NCBI GenBank assembly: GCA_039912685.1
Contig: JBDSPG010000045.1
Span: 1 to 56,995, forward strand
Source of the DNA: Longimicrobiales bacterium
GTDB lineage: Bacteria; Gemmatimonadota; Gemmatimonadetes; Longimicrobiales; RSA9
Direction of reading: 5' to 3'
Length of the DNA stretch: 56,995 nt
How positions within the stretch are numbered: position 1 is the first letter of the stretch; each line of letters starts with the position of its first letter. Shown in pieces: positions 10,536 through 20,278 of this stretch. Both the position numbers and the translations under genes were made by a program. Below the pieces are notes generated by a model. It made no database searches. It was given only the letters and a program-made list of their open reading frames with translations, and was not told the DNA's origin.

Positions 10536-10931
10536 ATGACAGAATACAGACAGAAGACCATCCTCCTGGTCGAAGACAACGAGGACAACCTGGTCGTATA
10601 TCGGACGATCCTGGAGCATGTTGGATTTCTGGTTGTGGAGGCCCGTGATGGTGAAGAGGGTGTGGCGAAGGCGAAGGAACACCTGCCCGATCTGATCCTT
10701 ATGGACATCTCGATTCCGAAAATGGACGGATGGGAAGCGACGACGCGCTTGAAGGCGAATGAATCGACGCGCGAAATTCCGATTATCGCCCTGACAGCGC
10801 ACGCGCTGGAAGAGGATCGTCAGAAGGCTACCCAAGTTGGATGCGACGGCTATTTAGCGAAGCCCGTAGAGCCTCGGCGTGTAGTTCAGGAGGTTGAGAA
10901 GTTCGTGGGCCCGGCGCGCCCGCCGGCGTAG
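10536..10931 (+). CDS. Single-domain CheY-like response regulator receiver
   Basis: KTILLVEDNEDNLVVY...DLILMDISIPKMDGWE...IPIIALTAHA...GCDGYLAKP. ATG 10536 confirmed. Confidence 0.85.
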   Translation: MTEYRQKTILLVEDNEDNLVVYRTILEHVGFLVVEARDGEEGVAKAKEHLPDLILMDISIPKMDGWEATTRLKANESTREIPIIALTAHALEEDRQKATQVGCDGYLAKPVEPRRVVQEVEKFVGPARPPA

Positions 10932-10932
10932 A

Positions 10933-11592
10933 TCAGAGGGCGATCCAGCGATCGATCGCGCGGAGGACGGCGAGACAGGCCGACTCCTCGAGGGGCCTGC
11001 CAGAATCGATGGGAGACAACGCGGACAGGGTCGCAAACCGACGCCGGACGGCAGCCTCCACGGCAACCGCGACATAACGCCGTCCGAAGAGAACTACAAC
11101 CGACAACCCTTCGAGGGCGAGGACAAGCCCGTCCGATGTGCCTTCCGCAGCGCGCAGCGTCGCGAGTGCCGCCGCCCGTGCGCGACCAGACTCGCTGTCC
11201 ACTTCGGACGCCTCACCCGTAACAATCCCAGCTTCATATGCGAGTCGGACGTTGCAGGTGACGCGGCTGCCTTCCCGCACGAGACTGATGTCCTGCAGAA
11301 TCAGGAATCTTCCGCCCGTGAGGGCTTCCTGCTCCTCGAGGCCGGGAATGGTCGCCGCGACAATACGCAGAACCCGCGGATCCATTCCGACGTCGAACCG
11401 CTCCACAACCTGAATCACTGCATTGCCGAGAATGGTCGAGGACGCGCCGGGTTGCGCGTGAATGCGAAGATCGACGATTTCCCGGTTTTCGATCCATACG
11501 GCCGCGGCGATTACACCGGGCAGCCGCTCGACCTCCGCGATGATGCGGAGCTCGAGGCCGTGCGGTGACCTCTCGAGGTCGGCAGTCGACAT
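10933..11592 (-). CDS. Hypothetical protein, paralog B of a tandem pair (no recognised family)
   Basis: Start chosen at ATG 11592 (MSTADLERSPHG...), 4 nt after the upstream stop. It aligns end-to-end with the 11597-12292 product. The track start 11643 is TTG inside the upstream gene. Confidence 0.6.
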   Translation of the reverse strand: MSTADLERSPHGLELRIIAEVERLPGVIAAAVWIENREIVDLRIHAQPGASSTILGNAVIQVVERFDVGMDPRVLRIVAATIPGLEEQEALTGGRFLILQDISLVREGSRVTCNVRLAYEAGIVTGEASEVDSESGRARAAALATLRAAEGTSDGLVLALEGLSVVVLFGRRYVAVAVEAAVRRRFATLSALSPIDSGRPLEESACLAVLRAIDRWIAL

Positions 11593-11596
11593 GCGG

Positions 11597-12292
11597 TCAG
11601 GCATTGCCGGTAAGCCAGCGGTTGATCGCCTGCAGGGACGCAAGAATGGCGGCTTCTTCCGGTGACCGGACCATGATCGCCGTACCGGTGAGCGCAGTGG
11701 TCTCGCGGCGCATCAGCACGTGTGCCGCCACGAGTACGAACGTCTTCCCATGCGATTCCACGATCGCCACGTCTTCGAGCGCGAGATCACTGCGGTCGCG
11801 CGCGGTTGCAATGGAAGCGATGAGTCCCTTGGCCGCGGCGAGCGCGCGTCCCTGCGGTGTGCTCGCACCGGTGCCCGTACCGATGTAGTGCTCCCGCGCC
11901 CTGCGCACCGTGACGTGGCACACCGTTTCGCGGTTGGTCGCATTCCTGACGTCGAATCCGACATAGACGAAGCGGAGATCAGACAGATCATCGTCGGGCA
12001 GCCCCTGTGGAGTGAGTTGCTCGATCGGCGCATTGACCATGATATCGGGGGCGTTCGTCTGGGCAATGCTGACGATACGGCGGTCGACCGTGATGCCGAA
12101 GCCGGCGCTGAGCGCGGACTCGACGTTGCGAACGATCTGCTTGGGGTGGAGCCGGTCGGATGCGAGCACGTGGATTTCGTCGAGTCGGCCATTCGCGTTA
12201 GTCACCACGCGTGCCGAGATCACACCCGCCAGCCCGGAAAGGAGCTGCTCGATGTCGGCTTCGGGATGTGCGTGGGAATCGGCGAGCGTCAT
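11597..12292 (-). CDS. Hypothetical protein, paralog A of a tandem pair (no recognised family)
   Basis: 231 aa, ATG at 12292 confirmed. Same three-module layout and the same C-terminal motif (EEAAILASLQAINRWL vs EESACLAVLRAIDRWI) as the downstream gene. Confidence 0.65.
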   Translation of the reverse strand: MTLADSHAHPEADIEQLLSGLAGVISARVVTNANGRLDEIHVLASDRLHPKQIVRNVESALSAGFGITVDRRIVSIAQTNAPDIMVNAPIEQLTPQGLPDDDLSDLRFVYVGFDVRNATNRETVCHVTVRRAREHYIGTGTGASTPQGRALAAAKGLIASIATARDRSDLALEDVAIVESHGKTFVLVAAHVLMRRETTALTGTAIMVRSPEEAAILASLQAINRWLTGNA

Positions 12293-12371
12293 GTAGCCCA
12301 GGCGCCGGTGAATACGAACGGAATACGATTGGAAAGTTAGTGTGCAGTGCGGTGCGCCGCCAGTGAGTAGT

Positions 12372-12399
12372 TTGCGACACTTCCCATGCCTACTATACT
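12372..12399 (+). promoter_or_regulatory. Sigma-70-like promoter candidate for trxB
   Basis: -35 TTGCGA (12372-77), 16-nt spacer, -10 TATACT (12394-99), about 45 nt upstream of the trxB ATG. Confidence 0.4.
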
Positions 12400-12444
12400 T
12401 GGCGGAGACTGAAAACGCACCACACCCGCAGCCCCAGAAACGTC

Positions 12445-13455
12445 ATGCGACGCGAGAACCTCCTCATCATCGGCTCAGGCCCGGCAGCATGGACCGCCGC
12501 AGTATACGCCGCGCGCGCGCAGCTGAATCCCATTGTGTACGAGGGTGAGGCGCAGGGCACGATGCTGCCCGGCGGACAGCTGATGAATACGACGGACATC
12601 GAGAATTATCCGGGGTTCCCCGAGGCGGTGAGCGGACCGGAGCTGATGGAGCGGATGAAGGCGCAGGCGCTGCGCTTCGGTACGCGAGCGATCGTCGAGA
12701 ATATTCAGAGCATCGATTTGTCGAAGCATCCGTTCGTCGCGACACCGAGTTACAGTGAGCCGTTCGAGGCACTCTCCGTGATTGTTGCGACGGGCGCGAA
12801 CGCGCAGTGGATGGGTCTCGACAATGAAGTGCGGCTCGCGTTGAACGGCGGTGGTGTGTCGGCGTGTGCTGTGTGCGACGGTGCACTCCCGTTCTATCGT
12901 GACAAGACGCTCGCTGTTGTCGGCGGCGGGGACAGCGCCATGGAAGAATCACTGTACCTGACGAAGTTCGCGAGTGAAGTCGTGATCATCCATCGCCGCG
13001 ATAAGTTCCGCGCGTCCAAGGTCATGGCGGATCGCGTGCTGTCCCACCCGAAGATCCGCGTGCTGTGGAATACCCGGGTATCGGACGTCATCGGTTCCGA
13101 CGTCATCACAGGACTGAAGCTGGAAGACTCGGTCACTGGTGCTGCGAGTGAGATGAACATCGGCGGATTGTTCGTCGCGATCGGCCACACACCGAACACG
13201 AAGTTCCTGAACGGCCAGCTCGAGCTCGATCCGGCCGGCTACATCTGCACACCCCACCCATGGCGCACCGCGACATCAGTCGAAGGCGTGTTCTGCAGCG
13301 GCGATGTCATGGATGCGTACTACCGCCAGGCAGTCAGCGCCGCGGGTACGGGTTGTATGTCGGCGCTCGAGGCGGAGAGATGGTTGGCGCATCATGGGCT
13401 GGGCGAAGTACCGGTGTTGGAGACAGCGGAGTCGCCGACGGGCATCGGCGGGTGA
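12445..13455 (+). CDS. trxB: Thioredoxin-disulfide reductase
   Basis: LLIIGSGPAAWTAAVYAAR (FAD), redox-active CAVCDG, AVVGGGDSAMEE (NADPH), GVFCSGDV. Confidence 0.92.
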   Translation: MRRENLLIIGSGPAAWTAAVYAARAQLNPIVYEGEAQGTMLPGGQLMNTTDIENYPGFPEAVSGPELMERMKAQALRFGTRAIVENIQSIDLSKHPFVATPSYSEPFEALSVIVATGANAQWMGLDNEVRLALNGGGVSACAVCDGALPFYRDKTLAVVGGGDSAMEESLYLTKFASEVVIIHRRDKFRASKVMADRVLSHPKIRVLWNTRVSDVIGSDVITGLKLEDSVTGAASEMNIGGLFVAIGHTPNTKFLNGQLELDPAGYICTPHPWRTATSVEGVFCSGDVMDAYYRQAVSAAGTGCMSALEAERWLAHHGLGEVPVLETAESPTGIGG

Positions 13456-13521
13456 CGCCCGTAGCCGAGCGCGCCCGGCTTGCTCGTTCCGCGTCTTAGA
13501 GCGGGGTTGTCAGTTCGGCGT

Positions 13522-15573
13522 CTAATGACGTTCAGTCGAGTGCGATCTCTCGGATGCCGGATGCAACGGGCAGTACGACACGGGTGGTGCGGCCGCAGCG
13601 AAGTACTCGATACGGATGTCCGCTGGCGGGCAATTCGGCGTCGCGAGGAGCCCGGATGCAACATCGATCGGCATCTGAACGAGTTCAACGGGCGCAGCCC
13701 ATGGCGCTGGCGCGGGACGTTTAACGTAAGCAGCTTTCATGATCGCGGCCCACACGGGTGCGGCGAGGGTGCCCCCGAACGCATTGGGTAGAATCGGCGC
13801 GGGCCGATCGAAGCCGAGCCATACACCGCCGACCAGATCCGGCGTCATCCCCATGAACCATACATCCTTCGCGCCGTTCGTAGTGCCGGTCTTTCCTGCA
13901 GCAGGCAGCCAGAATGCATTGCGACGAACGGCCATGCCGGTGCCGTGATCGATGGCATCCTGCAGCATGCTCGTGGTAACGAATGCAACGCCGGGGTCGA
14001 GGACGCGCGCACCCGCAGTCGGCGCCTGCCACAGCAGTCTGCCATGCGCGTCTTCGACGCGGGTGATGAGGTGCGGCTTCACAAGCAGTCCGCCATTGCC
14101 GAGTGCGGCATATGCAGCGACAAACTCGACGGGCACCACTTCCGCCGCACCCAGGTAGATCGACGGATAAGGCGGTATCGGTGTCGTCAGGCCGAGCCGT
14201 TTCGCGAGTTCCACCACTTTCGCGGCACCAACACGTTCGCCCACGCGCACGGTTCCATTGTTCGACGACAATGCGAGCGCTTCACGCAGAGGCAGACTCG
14301 TGACACTGTCGGGAACGAGATCGTCGGGCTTCCACGTGACTGCGCCCGCGTTCGGCACGCTGACGGGCGTCGTCTCGATGCGCTCGCTGGGCAGCATGCC
14401 GGACTCGAGCGCAGCGGCGTACACGAATGGTTTGAATGTCGAGCCCGGCTGACGCCGCGCAGTGAGTGCGCGATCATACGATGAGTGCGCGAAATCGCGG
14501 CCGCCGACGAGTGAGCGGATCTCGCCGTTGCGCGAGTCGATCACGATGATCATGCCCTGCAGATACTGCGAACCACCCGCGGCCGCGGCGGCGAGCGTCG
14601 CACCTGGCACCGGGTGCTTGTATACGCCGAACGTGCCCTTTTCTACGGCACGGATCTGCTTCACCAGCTCGAGCTGTGACGCGCGCTGAATAGCGGGATC
14701 GAGACCGGTGAATACACGCAATCCCTTTACATCCGCGGAATCGCCGAAGCGTGCGCGCAGCTCACGACGAACGGCAGCGACAAAATACGGAGCAGCGCCT
14801 GCAGCTTCGATCGGTGGTGCAAGCCGGAGCGGTTCGCGCTTCGCGGACGCGGCAGCCCCTGCAGTGATCACCTTCTCTCGCGCCATCACATCGAGCACCA
14901 CGTTGCGCCGCTGAACCGCGCGATCGGGCGCCTTCCTCGGATTGTATCCCTCCGGATTCTTGACGAGTCCGACAATGAGCGCGGCTTCCGCAACAGTCAC
15001 ATTTGCGATCGGCTTGCCGAAATATCCGCGGGCAGCGGCTTCCACGCCGTAGAGGCCGTCCCCCATATACACCTGGTTCACATACATGCGCAGGATGTCG
15101 CGCTTCGTGAACGATTCCTCGATTGCGCCCGCCAGCTTCACCTCGCACATCTTGCGATTGAATTTGTCGGAACGCGGGAGTTCATTGGGAAAGACATTGC
15201 GTGCAAGCTGCATCGGGATCGTGCTGAAGCCTTCCTTCAGCGACAGCGACGTGATGTCCTTCACGATTGCGCGGCCAACGCCACGAAGATCCACGCCCTC
15301 ATGCGTCCAGAAACGGCGGTCCTCGACGGCAACGAAACCGTTGTAGACCGTAGCCGGCACCTGCTCGAGCGTGACGAGGACGCGGCGTTCCTGTGACAGG
15401 TCCGCGAGCTTCGACCGGTCCATTGCATACACACGCGTCGCTTGCGGCGGCTTGTAGCTGCGCAGTGCGGCAACCGTCGGACAATCCTGTGCATGCAGAT
15501 ACGGCGCGGGAACGGTCGCGCCGAGAAACGCCATGATGGCGGAAGAGAACGAAAGTCTGGTGATGCTGGTCAT
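13522..15573 (-). CDS. Class A penicillin-binding protein (PBP1A-type transglycosylase/transpeptidase)
   Basis: Glycosyltransferase motifs EDRRFWTHEGVD and RKMCEVKLA. Transpeptidase motifs STFKP, SSN and KTGTT. Start moved to ATG 15573 (MTSITRLSFSS..., signal/TM) to avoid overlapping the upstream SDR gene. Confidence 0.9.
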   Translation of the reverse strand: MTSITRLSFSSAIMAFLGATVPAPYLHAQDCPTVAALRSYKPPQATRVYAMDRSKLADLSQERRVLVTLEQVPATVYNGFVAVEDRRFWTHEGVDLRGVGRAIVKDITSLSLKEGFSTIPMQLARNVFPNELPRSDKFNRKMCEVKLAGAIEESFTKRDILRMYVNQVYMGDGLYGVEAAARGYFGKPIANVTVAEAALIVGLVKNPEGYNPRKAPDRAVQRRNVVLDVMAREKVITAGAAASAKREPLRLAPPIEAAGAAPYFVAAVRRELRARFGDSADVKGLRVFTGLDPAIQRASQLELVKQIRAVEKGTFGVYKHPVPGATLAAAAAGGSQYLQGMIIVIDSRNGEIRSLVGGRDFAHSSYDRALTARRQPGSTFKPFVYAAALESGMLPSERIETTPVSVPNAGAVTWKPDDLVPDSVTSLPLREALALSSNNGTVRVGERVGAAKVVELAKRLGLTTPIPPYPSIYLGAAEVVPVEFVAAYAALGNGGLLVKPHLITRVEDAHGRLLWQAPTAGARVLDPGVAFVTTSMLQDAIDHGTGMAVRRNAFWLPAAGKTGTTNGAKDVWFMGMTPDLVGGVWLGFDRPAPILPNAFGGTLAAPVWAAIMKAAYVKRPAPAPWAAPVELVQMPIDVASGLLATPNCPPADIRIEYFAAAAPPVSYCPLHPASERSHSTERH

Positions 15574-15595
15574 GATGCGGTCGTACCCCGCAGCC

Positions 15596-16327
15596 TTACA
15601 GGAGTGCGCGACCACCATCAACGACGATGACGTCGCCCGTCACGAAGTCACTACGCACCAGGTAAAGCACGGCTTCCATGACGTCCGCCGGCGTCCCGTT
15701 GCGCGTCAGCACGCGCCGTTCGGGACCGCCCGCTGAATCCTTGCCATCGTGATCCTCGGGTGGCAGCACCGTACCCGGCGCGATTGCGTTCACGCGGATC
15801 AACGGACCGAGCGCGCGAGCCGCCACGCGGGTCAGATGGATGAGGCCCGCCTTCGACACAGCGTGATGCGCGTAGCCCGGCCAAGCCTGAAGACCGGAGA
15901 GATCCGCGATGTTGATAATCACGCCGCCGCCCCGCGAACGCATGGATGGCGTCACAGACTGTGACAGGAGGAAGGGCGCGCGCACGTTCACCGCCTGCAC
16001 GAGGTCCCATTCAGCCGGCGTGATGTCGAGCATGGGCTTGCGATCGAAGCGCGATGCGCTGTTGACCAGGATATCGATCCCACCGAGCGCAACGACGCCA
16101 TCCGCTACCAGCCGGCTGATGTCCGACGGGCTCGTCAGATCCGCCTGGAACGCAGTCGCACGACGGCCCAGAGCTTCGATCTCACGAACCGTCTGGTCGG
16201 CTTCTTCTGCGGAGGCGTTGTACGCGACGACAATGTCTGCGCCCGCGCTGGCCAACCCGAGTGCGATGGCCTTCCCGACACGACGGCCGGCCCCTGTCAC
16301 CAGCGCGACTTTCCCTTGGATGTCCAT
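15596..16327 (-). CDS. SDR-family oxidoreductase
   Basis: 243 aa. KVALVTGAGRRVGKAIA Rossmann motif, NSAS, IRVNAIAPG. Confidence 0.82.
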   Translation of the reverse strand: MDIQGKVALVTGAGRRVGKAIALGLASAGADIVVAYNASAEEADQTVREIEALGRRATAFQADLTSPSDISRLVADGVVALGGIDILVNSASRFDRKPMLDITPAEWDLVQAVNVRAPFLLSQSVTPSMRSRGGGVIINIADLSGLQAWPGYAHHAVSKAGLIHLTRVAARALGPLIRVNAIAPGTVLPPEDHDGKDSAGGPERRVLTRNGTPADVMEAVLYLVRSDFVTGDVIVVDGGRALL

Positions 16328-16425
16328 GGTCGAAAGCTAGTAGCGGTGGTCTGGAGTGGCAATTAAACTCAGCTACGGAGTCGAGAGTACGCGACGCCGC
16401 AGGAGCGCAATCGAAGGGTCGAGGC

Positions 16426-17154
16426 ATGGAATTGCAAAACGGGCTCCACGGTCGGGCGGCGGTAGTAACAGGAAGTACGCGCGGAATCGGGCGGGCCATT
16501 GCTGAATCGCTCGTGCAGGCGGGTTGCAATGTTGCGGTGTCTGGGCGTAATGGGATGGACGCCGAGGAAACTGCGCGCGCTCTTACGGAAACAGGACCGG
16601 GCCGCGCCATCGGTCGCAGCTGCGATGTGCGCGAATACGAACAGTGCGCCGACATGATTGCCGAATCCGTGCTCGCGTTCGGTCGTCTCGATATCCTCGT
16701 GAACAACGCCGGCGTTGGCGCGTTCGCACCGGTCGGTGACCTGGATCCGGCCACGTGGCGTGATGTTCTGGGCACCAACCTCGATGGCGTATTCTACTGC
16801 ACACATGCCGCGCTGCCGCATCTGAAACGCGCGAACGGTGCATGGATCATCAATATCGCCAGTCTGGCCGGCAAGAATCCCTTTGCCGGCGGAGCCGCGT
16901 ATAACGCCAGCAAGTTCGGACTCGTCGGGTTTAGCGAAGCTCTGATGCTCGATGTGCGGCAGGATGATGTGCGCGTTACGTACATCATGCCGGGCAGTGT
17001 CGCAACGGAATTCAATCATCACACGCCGGGGGCCGGCGATGCCTGGAAAATACAGCCTGAGGACATCGCACGAATTGTCATGGATCTGCTCGCAATGCCG
17101 CCCCGTTCACTACCGAGCCGCGTCGAAGTACGGCCCTCGAAGACAAAGCAATAG
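16426..17154 (+). CDS. SDR-family oxidoreductase (3-oxoacyl-ACP-reductase-like)
   Basis: [20 protein letters not shown], catalytic YNASKFG. ATG 16426 was chosen because the longer track ORF overlaps the divergent SDR gene. Confidence 0.85.
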   Translation: MELQNGLHGRAAVVTGSTRGIGRAIAESLVQAGCNVAVSGRNGMDAEETARALTETGPGRAIGRSCDVREYEQCADMIAESVLAFGRLDILVNNAGVGAFAPVGDLDPATWRDVLGTNLDGVFYCTHAALPHLKRANGAWIINIASLAGKNPFAGGAAYNASKFGLVGFSEALMLDVRQDDVRVTYIMPGSVATEFNHHTPGAGDAWKIQPEDIARIVMDLLAMPPRSLPSRVEVRPSKTKQ

Positions 17155-17174
17155 ATCACCATTGTGAGGATGTC

Positions 17175-18599
17175 ATGAGCAACAACGAATACAGAATCGA
17201 AAAGGATTCGCTCGGCGAGATGCGCGTTCCGGCGGATGCACTCTGGGGCGCACAGACGCAGCGCGCCGTGGAGAATTTTCCGATCAGCAACCTTCGATTC
17301 CCTCGCGAGTTCATTGCGGCGCTCGGCATGATCAAGCGCGCGGCCGCGGAGACCAACGCGGACCTCGGACTGCTCGATGCCGCAACGAGGGATGCGATCG
17401 TCGACAGCGCGAATGAAGTCATTGCGGGTGACCTCGACAGCCACTTCGTGATCGACATCTTCCAGACCGGCAGCGGCACGTCGACGAACATGAATGCGAA
17501 CGAGGTGATTGCGCACCGCGCGGTGCAGAAGCAGAAGGGCGACGCGGGCGGCAAGATCCATCCGAACGATCACGTGAACGCGGGCCAGTCCTCGAATGAC
17601 GTGATCCCGACCGCGATGCAGATTGCAGCGTGTATCGCGATGCGCAACGACCTCGTGCCGTCCCTCGAGCATCTGCGCGCATCACTGCTGCGTAAGGCGG
17701 CTGAGTTCGATCACATCGTGAAGTCCGGCCGCACTCATCTCATGGATGCGACACCGGTGAGGCTCGGCCAGGAGTTCGCCGGTTACGCCGCGCAGATCGA
17801 TCTGTCGATCGAGCGCGTCGTTGATGCCGTGCGTGACCTGGCGGAGCTACCGCTCGGCGGCACCGCCGTCGGTACCGGCATCAATACGCACGCAGATTTT
17901 CCGCAGCAGGCGATTGCGAAGCTTACGACCGCAACCGGCGTCGAGTTCCGCGAAGCTCGCAACCACATCGAGCGGCAGGGCACCCGCGACACGGTGGTGT
18001 ATGCGCACGGCGCACTCAACACGATTGCCGTATCAATGACGCGCATCGCCAATGACCTGCGTTGGCTCGGCAGCGGTCCTCGCGCGGGCCTCGCCGAGAT
18101 TACACTCCCGGCGATTCAGCCGGGATCGAGCATCATGCCCGGTAAAGTCAATCCGGTGATTTCGGAAGCAGTGACCATGGTTGCCGCGAAGGTCATGGGA
18201 AATCACACGACAATCACGGTCGGTGGCATGGGCAGCTACTTCGAGCTGAACGTGATGATGCCGGTGATGGCGCATGCACTGCTCGAGTCGATCTCGCTGC
18301 TGAGCGCGTCATGCCGCGTGATGGCGGACAAGTGTGTCGACGGCATTACAGCGAACGAAGACCGCATTCGCGAGCTGCTCGAGGGAAATCTGTCGCTTGC
18401 GACGGCGCTCGCGCCGACAATCGGCTACGACGAAGCAGCCGCGATCGCTAAGCAGGCGTTCAAAGAGGGAAAGACCGCCCGTGCAGTTGCAATGTCCCGC
18501 GGATCCCTGCCTGAGGCGGAGCTCGATGATGTGCTGGATGCGCGGAAAATGACGGAGCCGGGAATTCCGGGTGGTGGCCTGATGCCGGGCGGCGGCTGA
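17175..18599 (+). CDS. fumC: Class II fumarate hydratase
   Basis: 474 aa. ALWGAQTQRAVENFPIS, TGSGTSTNMN, signature GSSIMPGKVNP. Confidence 0.9.
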   Translation: MSNNEYRIEKDSLGEMRVPADALWGAQTQRAVENFPISNLRFPREFIAALGMIKRAAAETNADLGLLDAATRDAIVDSANEVIAGDLDSHFVIDIFQTGSGTSTNMNANEVIAHRAVQKQKGDAGGKIHPNDHVNAGQSSNDVIPTAMQIAACIAMRNDLVPSLEHLRASLLRKAAEFDHIVKSGRTHLMDATPVRLGQEFAGYAAQIDLSIERVVDAVRDLAELPLGGTAVGTGINTHADFPQQAIAKLTTATGVEFREARNHIERQGTRDTVVYAHGALNTIAVSMTRIANDLRWLGSGPRAGLAEITLPAIQPGSSIMPGKVNPVISEAVTMVAAKVMGNHTTITVGGMGSYFELNVMMPVMAHALLESISLLSASCRVMADKCVDGITANEDRIRELLEGNLSLATALAPTIGYDEAAAIAKQAFKEGKTARAVAMSRGSLPEAELDDVLDARKMTEPGIPGGGLMPGGG

Positions 18600-18953
18600 T
18601 CAGGCCTGTTGCCGATCAGGTCTGGGGTACGCGTCATCGTCGCCGGCGGCCATGTGGTGGAGGCCGGCGAGGCGGCGCGCCAGCTCGTCACGGCGCAGGC
18701 GGTTGAGGGTACAGAGTCCGTCCTTGCGACGATCGATGAGGCCGGCTTCGACGAGCACCGCGAGATGATGGGAGACGAGGGAAGGCGACAGCTGGAGCGC
18801 GCTGCAGATCGCGCCGCACGTGAGCTCGGTCTCGCCGTAGGCGAGCAGATCCACGATGCGGTATCGATTGACGTCCGACAGGGCGGATAGAACCCGAACC
18901 ACTTCCTGCGGTGCTGCCAGCTGGGGTTGTTCTTCCACATCTCCTCCGGTCAT
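18600..18953 (-). CDS. ArsR/SmtB-family transcriptional regulator
   Basis: 117 aa. wHTH LSDVNRYRIVDLLAYGETELTCGAICSALQLSPSLVSHHLAVLVEAGLI. Its stop abuts the fumC stop (convergent, 0-nt gap). Confidence 0.85.
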   Translation of the reverse strand: MTGGDVEEQPQLAAPQEVVRVLSALSDVNRYRIVDLLAYGETELTCGAICSALQLSPSLVSHHLAVLVEAGLIDRRKDGLCTLNRLRRDELARRLAGLHHMAAGDDDAYPRPDRQQA

Positions 18954-19019
18954 GCACTGGCCCGCACACGGACCGGTGAACGCGCATGATACCCGTCGTG
19001 TTCGGGAGGGGTCCGCGCC

Positions 19020-19415
19020 TTATTGCGGAGCCGCATCCGCCAGTCGAAGACCCGCCACTTCCTTGATGTCGCCGCCCGCAACCAGCTCGAAATGGTAGAC
19101 ACCGGCGGCAGGGAAGACGACCTTCTCCAGCGGTTGCACGAGCTTCGTTATCGCGCGGCCTGCACTGGGTGGATGGACTACGGTGTGACCTTCGAGACCG
19201 AGGATCTTGCGACCCGATTCGTGCACCAGATCCGCGCGAAACGGCTGATCTCCGGTTTCGTCCGGACCCCATTCCATCACGAACACGACGGTCATGCGAT
19301 CCTGGACGGCCGGGAACGCGGGCGCCCTCAGTTCGTCGAAGATGCCGATGACGTCGAGTCGTCCATCGGGCCGCTCGCGCGCGGCTTCACAGATAACTGC
19401 AAGCTTCAATTCCAT
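19020..19415 (-). CDS. Hypothetical protein (beta-rich, no recognised family)
   Basis: ORF downstream of arsR. ATG 19415 (MELKLAVICEAA...) is preferred over 19454. Coding-like composition; no motif recognised. Confidence 0.5.
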   Translation of the reverse strand: MELKLAVICEAARERPDGRLDVIGIFDELRAPAFPAVQDRMTVVFVMEWGPDETGDQPFRADLVHESGRKILGLEGHTVVHPPSAGRAITKLVQPLEKVVFPAAGVYHFELVAGGDIKEVAGLRLADAAPQ

Positions 19416-19474
19416 TGCAGAAACATGACCGCCATTATACAAGGTGTCAAACACTCAAAAAATGGGAACCTCGG

Positions 19475-20278
19475 ATGTCAATCACAGTTCTCGTGGCACT
19501 CGCGCACCCTGATGACGAAGTAAACTGCGCGGGCACGATTGCAGCACACGTTGCGGCGGGTGATCGCGTTGTCACTCTGCTGCTGACCGCGGGCGAAATG
19601 ACAGAAGCGCTCGGCCCGATCGGGACGGCGGAAGTGGCGCGCCAGCGCACCGTACACGCGCACGAAGCCGGCCGCATCCTGGGAAGCGAGGTGCGCGTGC
19701 TGGACTTCGCGGACACGCGTGTCGAGGTGAGCGCGGATGCGAACTACCGCGTCGCGCATGAGATCGCCGACATCCGGCCCGACATTGTAATCACGTGGGG
19801 CGATGCTTGGGTGCGTGGTCCCCGTCATCCCGACCACCAGGCCACGGGCCAGCTCGTTCGCAACGCCATCACGATTGCAAGGATCGCGAAAGCGATTGCG
19901 CCTGCATCGCCACACCGCGGCGCCGCTGCCGTTTACACGTTGCGTGATCCGCATTCCGTGCTGCCGTGCGCGGCGGTGGACGTGACCGCGCATCGTGCGC
20001 GCATCCACGAGGTCGCCGCGTTCTATCGACAGTACGTGAACTGGCCGCAGGCCGCGTGGCTCGATGGACGGCTGCGGGAAGCGGGCGATCCGTGGAACGT
20101 CGAAATGGCGGAGCTGTTCGATGCGTGGGATGGTGAGGCGGGTCTGGGTACGCGCCTCATGGGAGCAACGGATGCATCGCCACTCGTACAGCGTATGAAA
20201 GCCGCTACACCGCTGGGTAGTAGTCCGGCAGGTGATAGCGGCGGTTCCCCTTCAGCGATTCGCGAAGCATCCGCCTGA
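19475..20278 (+). CDS. PIG-L/LmbE-family deacetylase
   Basis: N-terminal VLVALAHPDDEV motif and the later HPDH; ATG 19475. The 3' end overlaps the convergent gene by 74 nt. Confidence 0.78.
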   Translation: MSITVLVALAHPDDEVNCAGTIAAHVAAGDRVVTLLLTAGEMTEALGPIGTAEVARQRTVHAHEAGRILGSEVRVLDFADTRVEVSADANYRVAHEIADIRPDIVITWGDAWVRGPRHPDHQATGQLVRNAITIARIAKAIAPASPHRGAAAVYTLRDPHSVLPCAAVDVTAHRARIHEVAAFYRQYVNWPQAAWLDGRLREAGDPWNVEMAELFDAWDGEAGLGTRLMGATDASPLVQRMKAATPLGSSPAGDSGGSPSAIREASA

